Below, in pieces: positions 10,484-20,345 of a stretch of DNA of 64,000 nucleotides. The DNA is from a virus: the IMG/VR virus record IMGVR_UViG_3300018475_000123; one strand, written 5' to 3'. The notes under the pieces were generated by a model. The model made no database searches. It saw nothing but the letters and a program-made list of their open reading frames with translations, and was not told the DNA's origin. The number at the start of each line of letters is the position of its first letter. The first letter of the stretch is position 1. A program made the translations under genes and the position numbers.

Positions 10484-10969
10484 TTATGTAGAGACCTTGT
10501 TTGCGTTAAGTTCAACGGCTGCATACCATACACGCAGTAAAGACTCTATATCGAGGAAAGAAATTGCAGAAGTTGCAAGGAGGTTTGCCTCCGTTACACG
10601 CTTCATATCCGCATCGGATAGCTTGGTGATAAATCTGCCGATTCGCTCTTTTGACATACGCTCCGGGTTTTCGCACAGAACTACGCTGTCCATACGAAGT
10701 CCGGTTTCTTCGGCTCGAAGCAGAACATGAGTGGGCTGACCCATTTTCTTGACAGAGCCGCTGATGGGCAACGCAATGATGTTTGGGCTGTGAGCGTTGC
10801 CAACATTATTCTGGAATACAAGCCCCGGTCTTAGTCCGGTCTGTTCACTTCCACACCCATCAAATCGCATCAAGTAAATCTCGCCGATCTGGGGAACTCT
10901 ACTTACATTCTGCTGACTCAAGCGCATCCTCCTCTCAATATAAATATGTTGATATTGGGAGTATAACAC
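10484..10969 (-). CDS. MazF/PemK/Kid-family endoribonuclease toxin
   Basis: GEIYLMRFDG.GSEQTGLRPGLVFQNNVGNAHSPNIIALPISGSVKK..PTHVLL...DSVVLCENPERMSKERI is collinear with the MazF/PemK consensus (GEIw.vdfdP..GsEq.g.RPalVvs.d.fN.....vivaPiTs....P..V.l......DSvvl.dQirtvdk.Rl). Confidence 0.7.
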   Translation of the reverse strand: MLYSQYQHIYIERRMRLSQQNVSRVPQIGEIYLMRFDGCGSEQTGLRPGLVFQNNVGNAHSPNIIALPISGSVKKMGQPTHVLLRAEETGLRMDSVVLCENPERMSKERIGRFITKLSDADMKRVTEANLLATSAISFLDIESLLRVWYAAVELNANKVST

Positions 10970-11004
10970 ACTTAGTTCAGTATGTCAACATAATTAAATA
11001 GAGA

Positions 11005-11331
11005 TTATGATGCAATGAGGGTGTAGGTGGAAACGCCGGAGCGGCTACCGGGGCGACCGCAAACGATCTTGATTAAAACCCCAATCGGTGTGGGTTTTTC
11101 GCTGAACTGGACATACTTAACTCTGTCTATACGCATAGAACTCGCACCTCCTGTAAGATAAATAACATTGGGATTCTCGTGAATCAACATATTTGTAAAC
11201 GATAGTTGCAGTACGCATGGGTCTGCAACATCGAACTCATCCTGGTTCTCCGAGAGAAACGAGATGGTTTTGGGTTTGCATCTTGCAATAAACTCCTGAA
11301 ATTCCTTGATCTGACTCATCTTCTGTAGCAA
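11005..11331 (-). CDS. hypothetical protein immediately upstream of the MazF-like gene (candidate antitoxin or partner)
   Basis: 108 aa in the same operon, 35-bp gap, classic antitoxin-then-toxin gene order. It has no recognisable MazE/RHH/AbrB signature. Confidence 0.3.
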   Translation of the reverse strand: MLQKMSQIKEFQEFIARCKPKTISFLSENQDEFDVADPCVLQLSFTNMLIHENPNVIYLTGGASSMRIDRVKYVQFSEKPTPIGVLIKIVCGRPGSRSGVSTYTLIAS

Positions 11332-11514
11332 ACCTCCATTGCTTTACGGGATTTCGTGTGTTATACTACAGGTGCATTGTAGTGGCGAGTATAATGCGCC
11401 TGTAATTCTGCGGGCTTATGATGGTATTGTCGCTTTGTGGTGAAGCGTCCTTTCTGGATATCTGGCCAGTACCGTCGATCGCTGAGCAGTCCAAGTGGTG
11501 TTGGACTGCTCTTT

Positions 11515-11560
11515 TTAATTCCTTGACAGAAACCAAAGTTTGTGATAACATAATCACACA
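11515..11560 (+). promoter_or_regulatory. sigma70-like promoter (TTGACA-17-TAACAT) overlapping a palindromic operator TGTGATaacatATCACA
   Basis: ccTTGACAgaaaccaaagtttgtgaTAACATaatcacaca. A second related half-site, aaagtttgtattcgtatggtaacacaa, lies 10 bp downstream. It is located in the divergent region between the repressor and the minus-strand operon. Confidence 0.4.
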
Positions 11561-11641
11561 AAAGAAAGTTTGTATTCGTATGGTAACACAAACCACGGGC
11601 TGTGTCAATAATCAGCTCGCATAGAATTTGGAGGAGACGCC

Positions 11642-12442
11642 ATGGAGTTTGGCAAGCGATTAAAGTCATATCGGCTGAATAAGGGATATACGCAAAAAGA
11701 ACTCAGCGCTATCATTGGCGTTTCTGAGGTTACGATAGGCAACTGGGAAAGGGAGGTAAAAGCCCCTAACCTTGGTGCGCTCTTTTCGCTTGCATCAGCT
11801 TTGCAGGTTTCACTGGATACACTTACCGGGTTTCCAATGCCAGAAACTTCAAAACAGTTTACACTTGAAAATACTGAGCGTTCTTTGATCGAGAGATACC
11901 GTGAGCTTGATCGATACGGCAAGCAAGCCGTAGAAACGATTTGTAGTATCGAGTTTTCCAGAGTGTCTGCGAAAACCGACAGGAACCTTGTGTCTGGTAA
12001 TGTGATTGCATTCCCTTCGCCAAAAGAGCGCGAGCGATACATTCCTGCTTACACAAGTCCATCTGCCGCTGGCTTTGCCGTACCACTGGAAGGCGATGAG
12101 TTTGAAATGCTCCTGGCAGACGACTCTGTGCCAGCAGATGCAGATTTTGCAGTTCGTATTCAAGGCGACAGTATGGCTCCATATATCGAAGATGGTTCTA
12201 TGGTGTTTGTCAACAAGGATGCGGAAATCTCTAACGGAGATGTCGGTATTTTCTGTGTTGATGGCGCCATGTACTGTAAACAGTTCTTCAAAGACAACGA
12301 AGGGAATGTGCATCTCTTGTCTGCAAACCCGGACAGGGTCAACGCCAATGTTTACCTGAGTGCAGATTGCGGCTCAGAACTGCGGGCAAGTGGCAAGGTA
12401 ATCATCGAAAGCATTCCGCTACCGGATTATTTTGACATTTGA
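11642..12442 (+). CDS. CI/LexA-like repressor: HTH_XRE N-terminus plus S24 peptidase C-terminus
   Basis: YTQKELSAIIGVSEVTIGNWE (helix-turn-helix). C-terminal RIQGDSMAPYIEDGSMVFV...CKQF (Ser/Lys dyad of the LexA/CI autopeptidase). Confidence 0.8.
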   Translation: MEFGKRLKSYRLNKGYTQKELSAIIGVSEVTIGNWEREVKAPNLGALFSLASALQVSLDTLTGFPMPETSKQFTLENTERSLIERYRELDRYGKQAVETICSIEFSRVSAKTDRNLVSGNVIAFPSPKERERYIPAYTSPSAAGFAVPLEGDEFEMLLADDSVPADADFAVRIQGDSMAPYIEDGSMVFVNKDAEISNGDVGIFCVDGAMYCKQFFKDNEGNVHLLSANPDRVNANVYLSADCGSELRASGKVIIESIPLPDYFDI

Positions 12443-12471
12443 AAACGACGGGGTTTAGCACCCCGTCGTTC

Positions 12472-13530
12472 TTACTTTATCGCATGGATAATACTGATGA
12501 TTGCAATGATTGTAAGCAGAAACATCAGAAGTCCAGAAAACGAACCGTCAAAATAAGTTCCAACCGCTAACTCTTTCGCCTGCTTGGCACTATCTTTTAG
12601 TGTTGGGTTTGGAGACTTAATGACTGCATCTGCCCAAAGAATGTCATTCATTACTTTGGCTAAGTCCCCTCCACTTGGAATATAGATGGTATTAAACGGA
12701 GGTGCTTTGCTTTTGGCCTCAATCTCTCGTTGCTCTCTGTCGTAAATGCTTCCCGCTATATACTCGTTGCTTTCGCCGCCTGCTGCAAGATAAGCAGCAT
12801 ACTGCTCGCTTGAAGTAAACCGAAATACTCCGTTTGGAATCACATCACCGATTGTTACTGCAAGATTCAACATCTTTTTGAGACAATCAGTAATATACAA
12901 CACCGCCTCTTCCTTCGATGGATCAAACTCCATACCCACCATGTAAACAATCGCATCGTGCTGCTCTCCAGATGCCTCTCTGACAAGCTGTGGCAACTTA
13001 TCAATGTTTTGAACTCTCAAAGAAGCAAAGGTCTCCTTCAAAGACCGTACCTTGGACACAGATTGACTCCACACCGGGTAGATTTCATCATTCGGAAGTG
13101 CAGACCAACAAAGATAGAAACTGTTATGCATGGAAACTTCTCCTGCTTGAATGGAACTCAGTTTTCCATGCGTCCGACACAAAAGAGAAACGACCTTACT
13201 GCGATTATCAGCAATGATGTTATCCATTTTCATGGTTTTTCTGCCGGTGTTTTCGATAATCAATCGATTGTTACCAACAAAATCCCAGTTACTTCTCCCA
13301 ACGCATAGGTGCGGATTATCTCGTTTGAAAGTTTCGATTCTTTCCCACACCAATTCATGCTTGGATGGATCGCACACAAGATTCCACATCTCTCGTTCAA
13401 ACGCATCATCGCAACGGAGCACTCTCGCAATTCCAGAACGAGTGTTATTCAACTGTTTGACATGATTATCTTGGCTGTGTCGACCCATTTCACTAATTAA
13501 GCCAATTCCGCCAAATATCATCCAGTCCAT
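12472..13530 (-). CDS. hypothetical protein with C-terminal transmembrane anchor
   Basis: 352 aa ending GLLMFLLTIIAIISIIHAIK. It lies convergent to the repressor gene, a typical slot for prophage accessory or exclusion genes. Confidence 0.35.
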   Translation of the reverse strand: MDWMIFGGIGLISEMGRHSQDNHVKQLNNTRSGIARVLRCDDAFEREMWNLVCDPSKHELVWERIETFKRDNPHLCVGRSNWDFVGNNRLIIENTGRKTMKMDNIIADNRSKVVSLLCRTHGKLSSIQAGEVSMHNSFYLCWSALPNDEIYPVWSQSVSKVRSLKETFASLRVQNIDKLPQLVREASGEQHDAIVYMVGMEFDPSKEEAVLYITDCLKKMLNLAVTIGDVIPNGVFRFTSSEQYAAYLAAGGESNEYIAGSIYDREQREIEAKSKAPPFNTIYIPSGGDLAKVMNDILWADAVIKSPNPTLKDSAKQAKELAVGTYFDGSFSGLLMFLLTIIAIISIIHAIK

Positions 13531-13545
13531 AAACGCATCTTCCTT

Positions 13546-13788
13546 TTATCGTATTGCAGCTTCGATGTTGCTCTTTGCGTCTTCCAGCTTTTCTACCGCA
13601 TCGTTCAAGTTTTCGACTGCATTTTCCATTGCCTCGAAGCGATCTGTGCCTTGCAGGTTTTCTGGGCAGTTGTCCATTGCATCCTGTTCTTTATCACAGA
13701 CATTCTCGGTAATAATAATGGCTCTGCTGATTAAACTAAGCGCCTCTCGTAATGACCTTCTCTTGGTTTCATTCACGCTCTCACCCAC
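13546..13788 (-). CDS. hypothetical protein
   Basis: 80-aa acidic helical ORF. Confidence 0.3.
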   Translation of the reverse strand: MGESVNETKRRSLREALSLISRAIIITENVCDKEQDAMDNCPENLQGTDRFEAMENAVENLNDAVEKLEDAKSNIEAAIR

Positions 13789-14195
13789 AAATCCTTTACG
13801 CCGAAAGAAAATCTGAGCATACCGGATTTTGTTTTTGAGAAACTTAAGAAGTCCGCAGACTTCACATACTCAAAAAACTTATGAGAACGACCATGTTCAA
13901 ACAAAACCTCGTCAGTATCAACACAAATCACGCCATGTTTCCCGTTGGGCTCGGCATTGATTTGAATCCCGTCTGCACAGAACTCTTCGTCCAAGATGTC
14001 GGCAAGCTCACAGAGAGTCATAAATCTCTTTTGGGCATCGGCATCAACCTTATAGCCAGAGCTTGCCTTCGTGAACTTGTCAAGTATACGCTTTGCTTCG
14101 ACTTGTGTGTTCGTTGTTGGCATAACATCACTCCAATCACACTTATATTTTACCACAAATCTGCTTTCTTTCAAGTCAGCATTTACAGGGTGCAA
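13773..14195 (-). CDS. hypothetical protein
   Basis: 140-aa ORF. Confidence 0.3.
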   Translation of the reverse strand: MHPVNADLKESRFVVKYKCDWSDVMPTTNTQVEAKRILDKFTKASSGYKVDADAQKRFMTLCELADILDEEFCADGIQINAEPNGKHGVICVDTDEVLFEHGRSHKFFEYVKSADFLSFSKTKSGMLRFSFGVKDLWVRA

Positions 14196-14833
14196 ACGAT
14201 CTCCACCTTACCAGTAGCGCCCTGTCCGATAATGCTGAGGATAGAGTTTGCGATCATGCCGACATCGATCTGCCCCTGGAAGGTCAGAGAAAACTGCTTC
14301 ATGTCCATGCCCTTCATGCTGTTGATGAGCTGAGGCTGTACAGGAACGGTTGCTTCTTTGATGGAGCCAGGAACTTCCTCCACCTTTGCAGACGCCTCGT
14401 CAGAGCGCTCGGCAGTCTCGTTTGGAATCTGCGCTTCGCTGAGAAACTCCTGCCATTTTGCCTTCTGATCGGCATTCATACTGTTGCCAACCTTAAAGGT
14501 AAGGCCGAGCTGATTGGTTTCGATATGACGGCGTACCGTCAGAGGACGAACACCAAACATCATTGCCAAACTGGTAGCGTTGGCATTGTAGTTCTGAACG
14601 AGATGCGTCAGATACTCCTTTTGGATGTTCGTAGGCAGTTCTTTGAACTGCTCCCAGGACTTGGGTTCATTCATTGTATAAGTGTACACTTCTCCACACC
14701 TTTCTTCCCACTGCTTCCGTGTCATATAGTCGGTTGACATCGGACACTTCTTGCTTTTGCTTCCACCTTTACGGTACTTTGCCATTCTGGCAAGACGCTT
14801 TTTCTGCATCACATCGTAGTCGAAATCGTTCAT
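14183..14833 (-). CDS. hypothetical protein, possible DNA-binding (HTH-like segment)
   Basis: 216 aa. ATSLAMMFGVRPLTVRRHIE resembles an HTH. Confidence 0.3.
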   Translation of the reverse strand: MNDFDYDVMQKKRLARMAKYRKGGSKSKKCPMSTDYMTRKQWEERCGEVYTYTMNEPKSWEQFKELPTNIQKEYLTHLVQNYNANATSLAMMFGVRPLTVRRHIETNQLGLTFKVGNSMNADQKAKWQEFLSEAQIPNETAERSDEASAKVEEVPGSIKEATVPVQPQLINSMKGMDMKQFSLTFQGQIDVGMIANSILSIIGQGATGKVEIVCTL

Positions 14834-15054
14834 TCGGAACCCTCCGACAACTTTGCTGAAACCTCGAACTTATCTTCCAGTTCTTTCGGAGAACGAGCCT
14901 TCCCGAGCTTCTTAAACTCTCCATTCACAAGTTCATAGAGGAAATAGAAATCCCGGTTATTCTCCTTGCTGGTCATGATAAAGCGCAGGTTCTTTTGGGT
15001 ATCATAATATCCAACCCAGACCTTTTCTCCTTTTGGATACTTAATCTGTTCCAT
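14830..15054 (-). CDS. hypothetical protein (start trimmed to the internal Met that abuts the NifS stop)
   Basis: The track ORF 14830-15165 overlaps the NifS 3' end; the internal MEQIKYPKGEK start removes the overlap. Confidence 0.3.
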   Translation of the reverse strand: MEQIKYPKGEKVWVGYYDTQKNLRFIMTSKENNRDFYFLYELVNGEFKKLGKARSPKELEDKFEVSAKLSEGSE

Positions 15055-16237
15055 CTTGCGATACCTCCTGTTGAGAACGAAGTGCTTCAATACAGTTTGC
15101 CATGACAGCAGCCGCCTGTGCCACTTCGTCTGCGGTATTGTACTTTGAGAACGAGATACGAACACTGTTTCTCGCTTCTGTAGCGGTTAAACCATGTGCA
15201 ATCAGGACATGACTTGGTGCCGCTTCGTGTGATCTGCAGGCAGAGCCAGCAGAAATGCAGACGCCAAAAGCGTCCATCATCAGCACAAGCGTTTCGCCAA
15301 AAACTCCATCAATGCGCAGGTTCAATACCTTGCCTGGATCGAGATATGTATATCCGTTTGAGCAGATGCCAGCCTCTTTCAAGCTCTGATAGGGCAAATT
15401 CTTGGTAAGCTCCATGACAAACATCTGCTTCAAAGTGGATGTGGCAATCGCTGCATCAGACAGCGACTTGGTTGCTGCCACACAGGCAGCGCCAAGGCCA
15501 ACAATACCGGCTACATTCTCAGTGCCGCCACGGAATCCAAACTCCTGCTCGGCACCGCCGTGAATCAGCGGAGACAAACTCATGTCTCGAATATAGACCG
15601 CACCAACCCCTTTTGGGCCGTGAATTTTGTGAGCTGAAATTGTTGCAAAGTCGAGGTTGTTCTTGTCCATGTCAAGCACGAACTGACCTGCAGACTGAAC
15701 ACAGTCTGAGTGAAACAGAATTGCATGGCGCTTGCACACTTCTCCAATTCCTTCGATATCGTTGACTGCTCCGGTCTCGTTGTTTGCCATCATGATGGAT
15801 ACGAGGCCGGTGTCATTTTGAATTGCCGCAGACACTTCATTTGCCGTAATGCGGCCACTGGGGTCGGGCTTCACATAAGTAATATAAAACCCGTCTTTGG
15901 TAAGCGATTCCGCAGCCTTAATCATGGAGTCATGCTCGGTTGCGGACAAAACCAGATGTGTTTTCCCGCTTTGCAGGAGCTTGTGGCGAAGACCCTTGAC
16001 GATCATGTTGTTGCCCTCACTGCCGCCGGAAGTGAACACAATGTGTTCCGGCGTACACCCAAACAGCATAGCGGTCTGTGCTCTTGCTGTTTGAATGGCT
16101 TCGGCAGCCTGCCTGCCAAAACTGTAGAGCGTTCCGGCATTACCATATTGCTCCTGTAAGTACGGCATCATTGCGTCCAGAACTTCCGGCGCAATCTTTG
16201 TGGTTGCCGCATTGTCCAGATAAATCATTGGAACCAC
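15041..16237 (-). CDS. cysteine desulfurase (NifS/IscS-like, class V aminotransferase)
   Basis: MIYLDNAATTKIAPEVLDAM... PLP-lysine motif SAHKIHGPKGVGAVYIR. 398 aa. Confidence 0.8.
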   Translation of the reverse strand: MVPMIYLDNAATTKIAPEVLDAMMPYLQEQYGNAGTLYSFGRQAAEAIQTARAQTAMLFGCTPEHIVFTSGGSEGNNMIVKGLRHKLLQSGKTHLVLSATEHDSMIKAAESLTKDGFYITYVKPDPSGRITANEVSAAIQNDTGLVSIMMANNETGAVNDIEGIGEVCKRHAILFHSDCVQSAGQFVLDMDKNNLDFATISAHKIHGPKGVGAVYIRDMSLSPLIHGGAEQEFGFRGGTENVAGIVGLGAACVAATKSLSDAAIATSTLKQMFVMELTKNLPYQSLKEAGICSNGYTYLDPGKVLNLRIDGVFGETLVLMMDAFGVCISAGSACRSHEAAPSHVLIAHGLTATEARNSVRISFSKYNTADEVAQAAAVMANCIEALRSQQEVSQDGTD

Positions 16238-16246
16238 TCCTTGTAT

Positions 16247-16606
16247 TTAGTTTGTTTCTTCGAGTCGCTCAAGGCGGTAGGTCGTGTAGAGAGTTTCGAT
16301 CTCGACCCAAGACTCGTCCTCTGCTTTGGTGCATTTCAAAACTGCAGAGGTATGAAGACGATGGAAGCTACCGGGATCGTAGGGTGGCTCAAACTTGATC
16401 CAACCACGCTGACCGATTTCAAGGCTCATGATGAAGCACTTTCGACCAATCACTTCCTTGTGGATTTCCCGCAGCTCACCATCTTTAGGGGTGACACTTT
16501 TGATGATGTAAAATGGCATACAGAAACCCTCCTTACCAGCACTCATAGTCGGTGACATCTTCCTCAACGCCGCACTTAGGACATTTGATTTTGATGGCCG
16601 TACCAA
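16247..16606 (-). CDS. hypothetical protein
   Basis: 119-aa ORF. Confidence 0.3.
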   Translation of the reverse strand: MVRPSKSNVLSAALRKMSPTMSAGKEGFCMPFYIIKSVTPKDGELREIHKEVIGRKCFIMSLEIGQRGWIKFEPPYDPGSFHRLHTSAVLKCTKAEDESWVEIETLYTTYRLERLEETN

Positions 16607-16913
16607 TGCCGGTTCCTGTCAGCTCATACTGATAACAACCGCCATTCTTACAGGATTGGTAGTGCCGACTGCGGAACTCAGCCATTCGCTCGATTTCCTT
16701 TTCGGAACACTGGCAAAGACTCAGTCTTCGATACTCCTCGGCCTGCTTGCGAGCAGCTTGGATTTCATCGTCCTTATTCCAAGTGCGAAGCTGCTCCCGA
16801 AAACTGTCTCTGGAATCGCAGACGGACTTATATTCTTTCTTGATGGTCTCAAGGCACTCGTCAAATGCCTTGCTTCCAAGCAGGTTAAAGATACCTGCAT
16901 CGTTAGTGCTCAT
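16533..16913 (-). CDS. hypothetical protein with C-terminal Zn-ribbon
   Basis: KIKCPKCGVEEDVTDYEC. Confidence 0.3.
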   Translation of the reverse strand: MSTNDAGIFNLLGSKAFDECLETIKKEYKSVCDSRDSFREQLRTWNKDDEIQAARKQAEEYRRLSLCQCSEKEIERMAEFRSRHYQSCKNGGCYQYELTGTGIGTAIKIKCPKCGVEEDVTDYECW

Positions 16914-17505
16914 TGAAAATCACCTGCTCTCCGTTTTTCAAAATCCAGCAACCCTCACCAGTCAGAGCGCATTCTGCGCAGTTTCCACCGCACTCCACTG
17001 CATCATCTCTTGCGGTCGTGGTATTGTCACGATAGCGCACATGAGCTTCGGGTAAAGAAAAAGGGTTGACCATATCCAGGCCAACCCATGCACTGAAAAT
17101 GATATGTAAGTTCTGAGGCAATTTAATGCCAGCAGAAAGCACATCATTAACCAAGTCGTATTTCTTTGTGAAGCACAGGATTTGGCAGTGCGGTTGTCTT
17201 GCTGCAATCAGCAGCATTTGGCCGAAGTAATCTGCGTTGGGAATGTCGCCGGAAACATGAAAGCGGAAGAACCGAGACATCATGATAGATGCCTCGACCT
17301 CCCGCCAATAAGTTTCTGGATCAGATTGTAAAACCTCAAGGTTACGCTGGTATGCCTTTGCCACAGAGGGACGCAGACGCTCCAGCTTTCTTGCGTAGCA
17401 TTTCTTCTGGCAGTCGCAGGATCGGCAGGTCACAACAGAGGGAAGAGAAATGCTTTGAATGCTGCCCATCTTGGAGTTGCCCTTACTGATACTCAGCACA
17501 CTCAT
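16903..17505 (-). CDS. Cys-rich conserved phage protein (possibly Gp37/Gp68-like)
   Basis: SLPSVVTCRSCDCQKKCYA and C-terminal ECGGNCAECALTGEGCW. The family assignment is from memory only. Confidence 0.3.
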   Translation of the reverse strand: MSVLSISKGNSKMGSIQSISLPSVVTCRSCDCQKKCYARKLERLRPSVAKAYQRNLEVLQSDPETYWREVEASIMMSRFFRFHVSGDIPNADYFGQMLLIAARQPHCQILCFTKKYDLVNDVLSAGIKLPQNLHIIFSAWVGLDMVNPFSLPEAHVRYRDNTTTARDDAVECGGNCAECALTGEGCWILKNGEQVIFNEH

Positions 17506-18377
17506 ACGCCGCCCATCCTTTCATAAAACTCGACTGTGTTTTCCATCAGCATAGCCACAGTCATTGGCCCGATGCCACCGGGAACAGGGGTGTAGGCATT
17601 ACAGTATTCGTAAATCAGCGGATCAATATCGCCACAGAGTTTCCCGTTCTCGTCACGATTCATACCCACATCCACAAAAACTTGTCTACCCAAATGAGCA
17701 AACTCACCGTAGTGTTCCATGGCATTAAAGGTCAATGTGTCTCTGCAACCAGTTGCAGAAACGATAATATCGGAGGAGCCGACATATCTGTACAACTCAT
17801 GCTGAGGAGTTTTGCTGTGGCACAGGGTCACGGTGGCACCAGCCTGTTCCATCATTCTGGCAATCGGTCTGCCTACGATGTTGCTTCTGCCAATGATACA
17901 AACAGCCTTACCAAGCAGAGTGACGCCATTTGCTTCGAGCAAGCGGATAATTCCCTTTGGCGTACACGGGTAGTGATACGGCGTTTCGCCGTTAGCCAAA
18001 GCAGCAACATTGACCTTGGATGCAAAACCATCCACATCACACATAGGGTCGATGTATCGGGTGAGATCACGCAGTTCTACCTCACCGTTCATCGGCATCT
18101 GGAAGATGATTGGTTTGTTTTCTGCGCAATTCTCAGCCACATCCTGGTCTGTGAGTTCATGCAGATGCTTCACGATTGGGCAAATACCAATCTCTTTGCA
18201 TCGCTTGATTTTGTTTCTCACATAAACCAAACCGGCATCGTTATCGCCGCTCGTGATAATCATTAACTCTGGCTGAACGCCGGACTCCTTGAGCTTATCC
18301 ACTCGCAGCTTGAGGTTGCTACAAATGCTGTCAGCTAACAGCTTTCCGTTCAGGATTGTCATTGCCTGCACCTCCAA
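17502..18377 (-). CDS. folD: bifunctional methylene-THF dehydrogenase/methenyl-THF cyclohydrolase FolD
   Basis: Collinear with FolD. N-terminal LVYVRNKIKRCKE region; central LLGKAVCIIGRSNIVGRPIARMM Rossmann; C-terminal YTPVPGGIGPMTVAMLMENT. Confidence 0.8.
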   Translation of the reverse strand: MEVQAMTILNGKLLADSICSNLKLRVDKLKESGVQPELMIITSGDNDAGLVYVRNKIKRCKEIGICPIVKHLHELTDQDVAENCAENKPIIFQMPMNGEVELRDLTRYIDPMCDVDGFASKVNVAALANGETPYHYPCTPKGIIRLLEANGVTLLGKAVCIIGRSNIVGRPIARMMEQAGATVTLCHSKTPQHELYRYVGSSDIIVSATGCRDTLTFNAMEHYGEFAHLGRQVFVDVGMNRDENGKLCGDIDPLIYEYCNAYTPVPGGIGPMTVAMLMENTVEFYERMGGV

Positions 18378-18915
18378 TAATCTGATCGAGTGTCCTTGGT
18401 GTGTAGTCCATCCAAGGCATCATGGCGCCAACATTGAACATCAGACACTTATGCCCGTACAACTCCTGCATGAGGTACTTGGTATGCTCCATCATGTTGG
18501 CTTCAAAAGAATTATGTACATGACCATACAGGTGATACCACCCGTAGAAATGGTTCTTGAAGCAGGGAATTGGATAGTGGCACAGGACAACTTTGCGTCC
18601 GTTGTCCTCGACCTCAAGATACTCGGTAACCTTGACAAACTGCTTCGTAAATCTTCCGTCATTGCAGCGGTCGTGGTTTCCTTTAATCAGGAACTTCTGA
18701 CCATTCAGCTTCTGCAAAATCGGAATTGCAAGATTTGAATTACACCAGAACATATCTCCAAGAACATAGACAATGTCTCCTGGCTCCACGACGCTGTTCC
18801 AACGCTTAACAAGCGTCTCATTCATCTGCTCAACAGACCGGAAAGGGCGGTTGTCAAAGGCAATGATGTTGCCATGCCCATAGTGCCAGTCTGAAATATA
18901 AAATTTCCTTGACAC
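18331..18915 (-). CDS. calcineurin-like metallophosphoesterase
   Basis: DWHYGH, GDMF and GNHD motifs. Confidence 0.65.
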   Translation of the reverse strand: MSRKFYISDWHYGHGNIIAFDNRPFRSVEQMNETLVKRWNSVVEPGDIVYVLGDMFWCNSNLAIPILQKLNGQKFLIKGNHDRCNDGRFTKQFVKVTEYLEVEDNGRKVVLCHYPIPCFKNHFYGWYHLYGHVHNSFEANMMEHTKYLMQELYGHKCLMFNVGAMMPWMDYTPRTLDQIIGGAGNDNPERKAVS

Positions 18916-18927
18916 GAAACCCCCTCC

Positions 18928-19239
18928 TTATCCGAACAGCAGCGTCTGCAAATCTTTGTAAAACTCTTCATCGCTGACGGGGTCTTGAACCGTATCGAAG
19001 TAATCACGGAAGCGACGAGCAATCTCCTCCAGAAGGTCTCTGGTGATCTGCTCTCGCAGTGTGTTGATTTGCAATTCACAGGCGTTCAGGCGGTCTGTAA
19101 TTGTATCAACATGGCATTGCACATCATCCGTTGACGCAACTCTTCCAACCCTTTCATAGAGGTCATAGACAGAACCTTGCAAGGTATACACATCTGACCG
19201 AACACCGGCAATATCTGCAATTACTGCGTCATAGCCCAC
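18928..19239 (-). CDS. hypothetical protein
   Basis: 103-aa ORF. Confidence 0.3.
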   Translation of the reverse strand: MGYDAVIADIAGVRSDVYTLQGSVYDLYERVGRVASTDDVQCHVDTITDRLNACELQINTLREQITRDLLEEIARRFRDYFDTVQDPVSDEEFYKDLQTLLFG

Positions 19240-19993
19240 TTGTCAAACACGCCCTTTCTTTTTCAAATCGCTCCTCTAACTCAAAGATTCCTTGCGGTTT
19301 ATCTTTGTAGAACCCCTTGAAAGGACGGTTGATTTTCGACTGCAAGTCCTTAAGCCTGTCCCAATATTGCGGTAGATAGAGGTAAATATTTCTGAGCTCC
19401 TTTAGGTTTTTGTTTGCACAGCACCAGCAGGAGACACGATCCAGAATGGAATACAGTTCGATTTGGCCAGCCGATGAGTTTTCGTACCAATACCAGCCAC
19501 GAGAGTGGCAGTATTCAAGGCAATCCACTTCGCTCATACCCCAATCGACCAATGGCAACTGTTTTCCATCCGACTTTTCTTTTTCAAAACGCTTGGGTTC
19601 ATCGGCGGCAATACCGACATAATCAATCACCGTATCGCCCAAAGACTTCTTGTATTTCTGAATGGCTCTTGTTTTGGATTTTGTCCCCCAACGACAGGGG
19701 CCGCCACACCAACCGTAGCCATAATGGAAACCGTCTTTATTGCGGTACTTGATTTCACGCTCAAGCATGGAGTACAGGAATGGCTCTTCTGGATAAAGTA
19801 CGATAAACTCAATTCCACGAACTTTCAACATTTCCTTAACCCTGTCACGGATAAGGTAGATGGCTGCAAACTCCATTCCCGTATCATAAAAAACAACGGC
19901 ATCCAGAGGACAACCTTCCTCCAGAAGCCGAAGCAGCATGGCAAGACTATCCTTGCCAAAACTTACACTTGCTATGTATTTCACACCGACCAC
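19229..19993 (-). CDS. PAPS-reductase-family PP-loop ATP pyrophosphatase
   Basis: PP-loop SVSFGKDSLAMLL. C-terminal CWCCANK cysteine motif typical of phage PAPS-reductase-like proteins. Confidence 0.6.
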   Translation of the reverse strand: MVGVKYIASVSFGKDSLAMLLRLLEEGCPLDAVVFYDTGMEFAAIYLIRDRVKEMLKVRGIEFIVLYPEEPFLYSMLEREIKYRNKDGFHYGYGWCGGPCRWGTKSKTRAIQKYKKSLGDTVIDYVGIAADEPKRFEKEKSDGKQLPLVDWGMSEVDCLEYCHSRGWYWYENSSAGQIELYSILDRVSCWCCANKNLKELRNIYLYLPQYWDRLKDLQSKINRPFKGFYKDKPQGIFELEERFEKERACLTSGL

Positions 19994-20126
19994 AGACCAA
20001 TTCCGGTCTCATGGTCAACGCCTTAATCCTCCCGTGCTACTCACACATCTGTGCTTTCACGCTGTAACAAGAAGTTTTACACCAGACTTATCAATCCTCT
20101 GGAAACCCAGTTTACCGGGATTGGTG

Positions 20127-20345
20127 TTACTCCTTTTCTGTAAGATTAAAAGTTCTTTTGAAGTGCTCCATCATTTCCTCGTCCTCTACATAGAACGGGA
20201 TGGACACACCGTTTGCCCGGTAAACATTCTCGACCAACTGGCCGAATCGCCAGTCCGGGCACTGGCTTTCCCAGATATCTGCAAGCTGATTGCAGAATTT
20301 GCGAATGCGCTTAGGGTCTCTCACGGCTGCCTCCTTAATCCTCAA
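20127..20345 (-). CDS. hypothetical protein
   Basis: 72-aa ORF. Confidence 0.3.
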   Translation of the reverse strand: MRIKEAAVRDPKRIRKFCNQLADIWESQCPDWRFGQLVENVYRANGVSIPFYVEDEEMMEHFKRTFNLTEKE

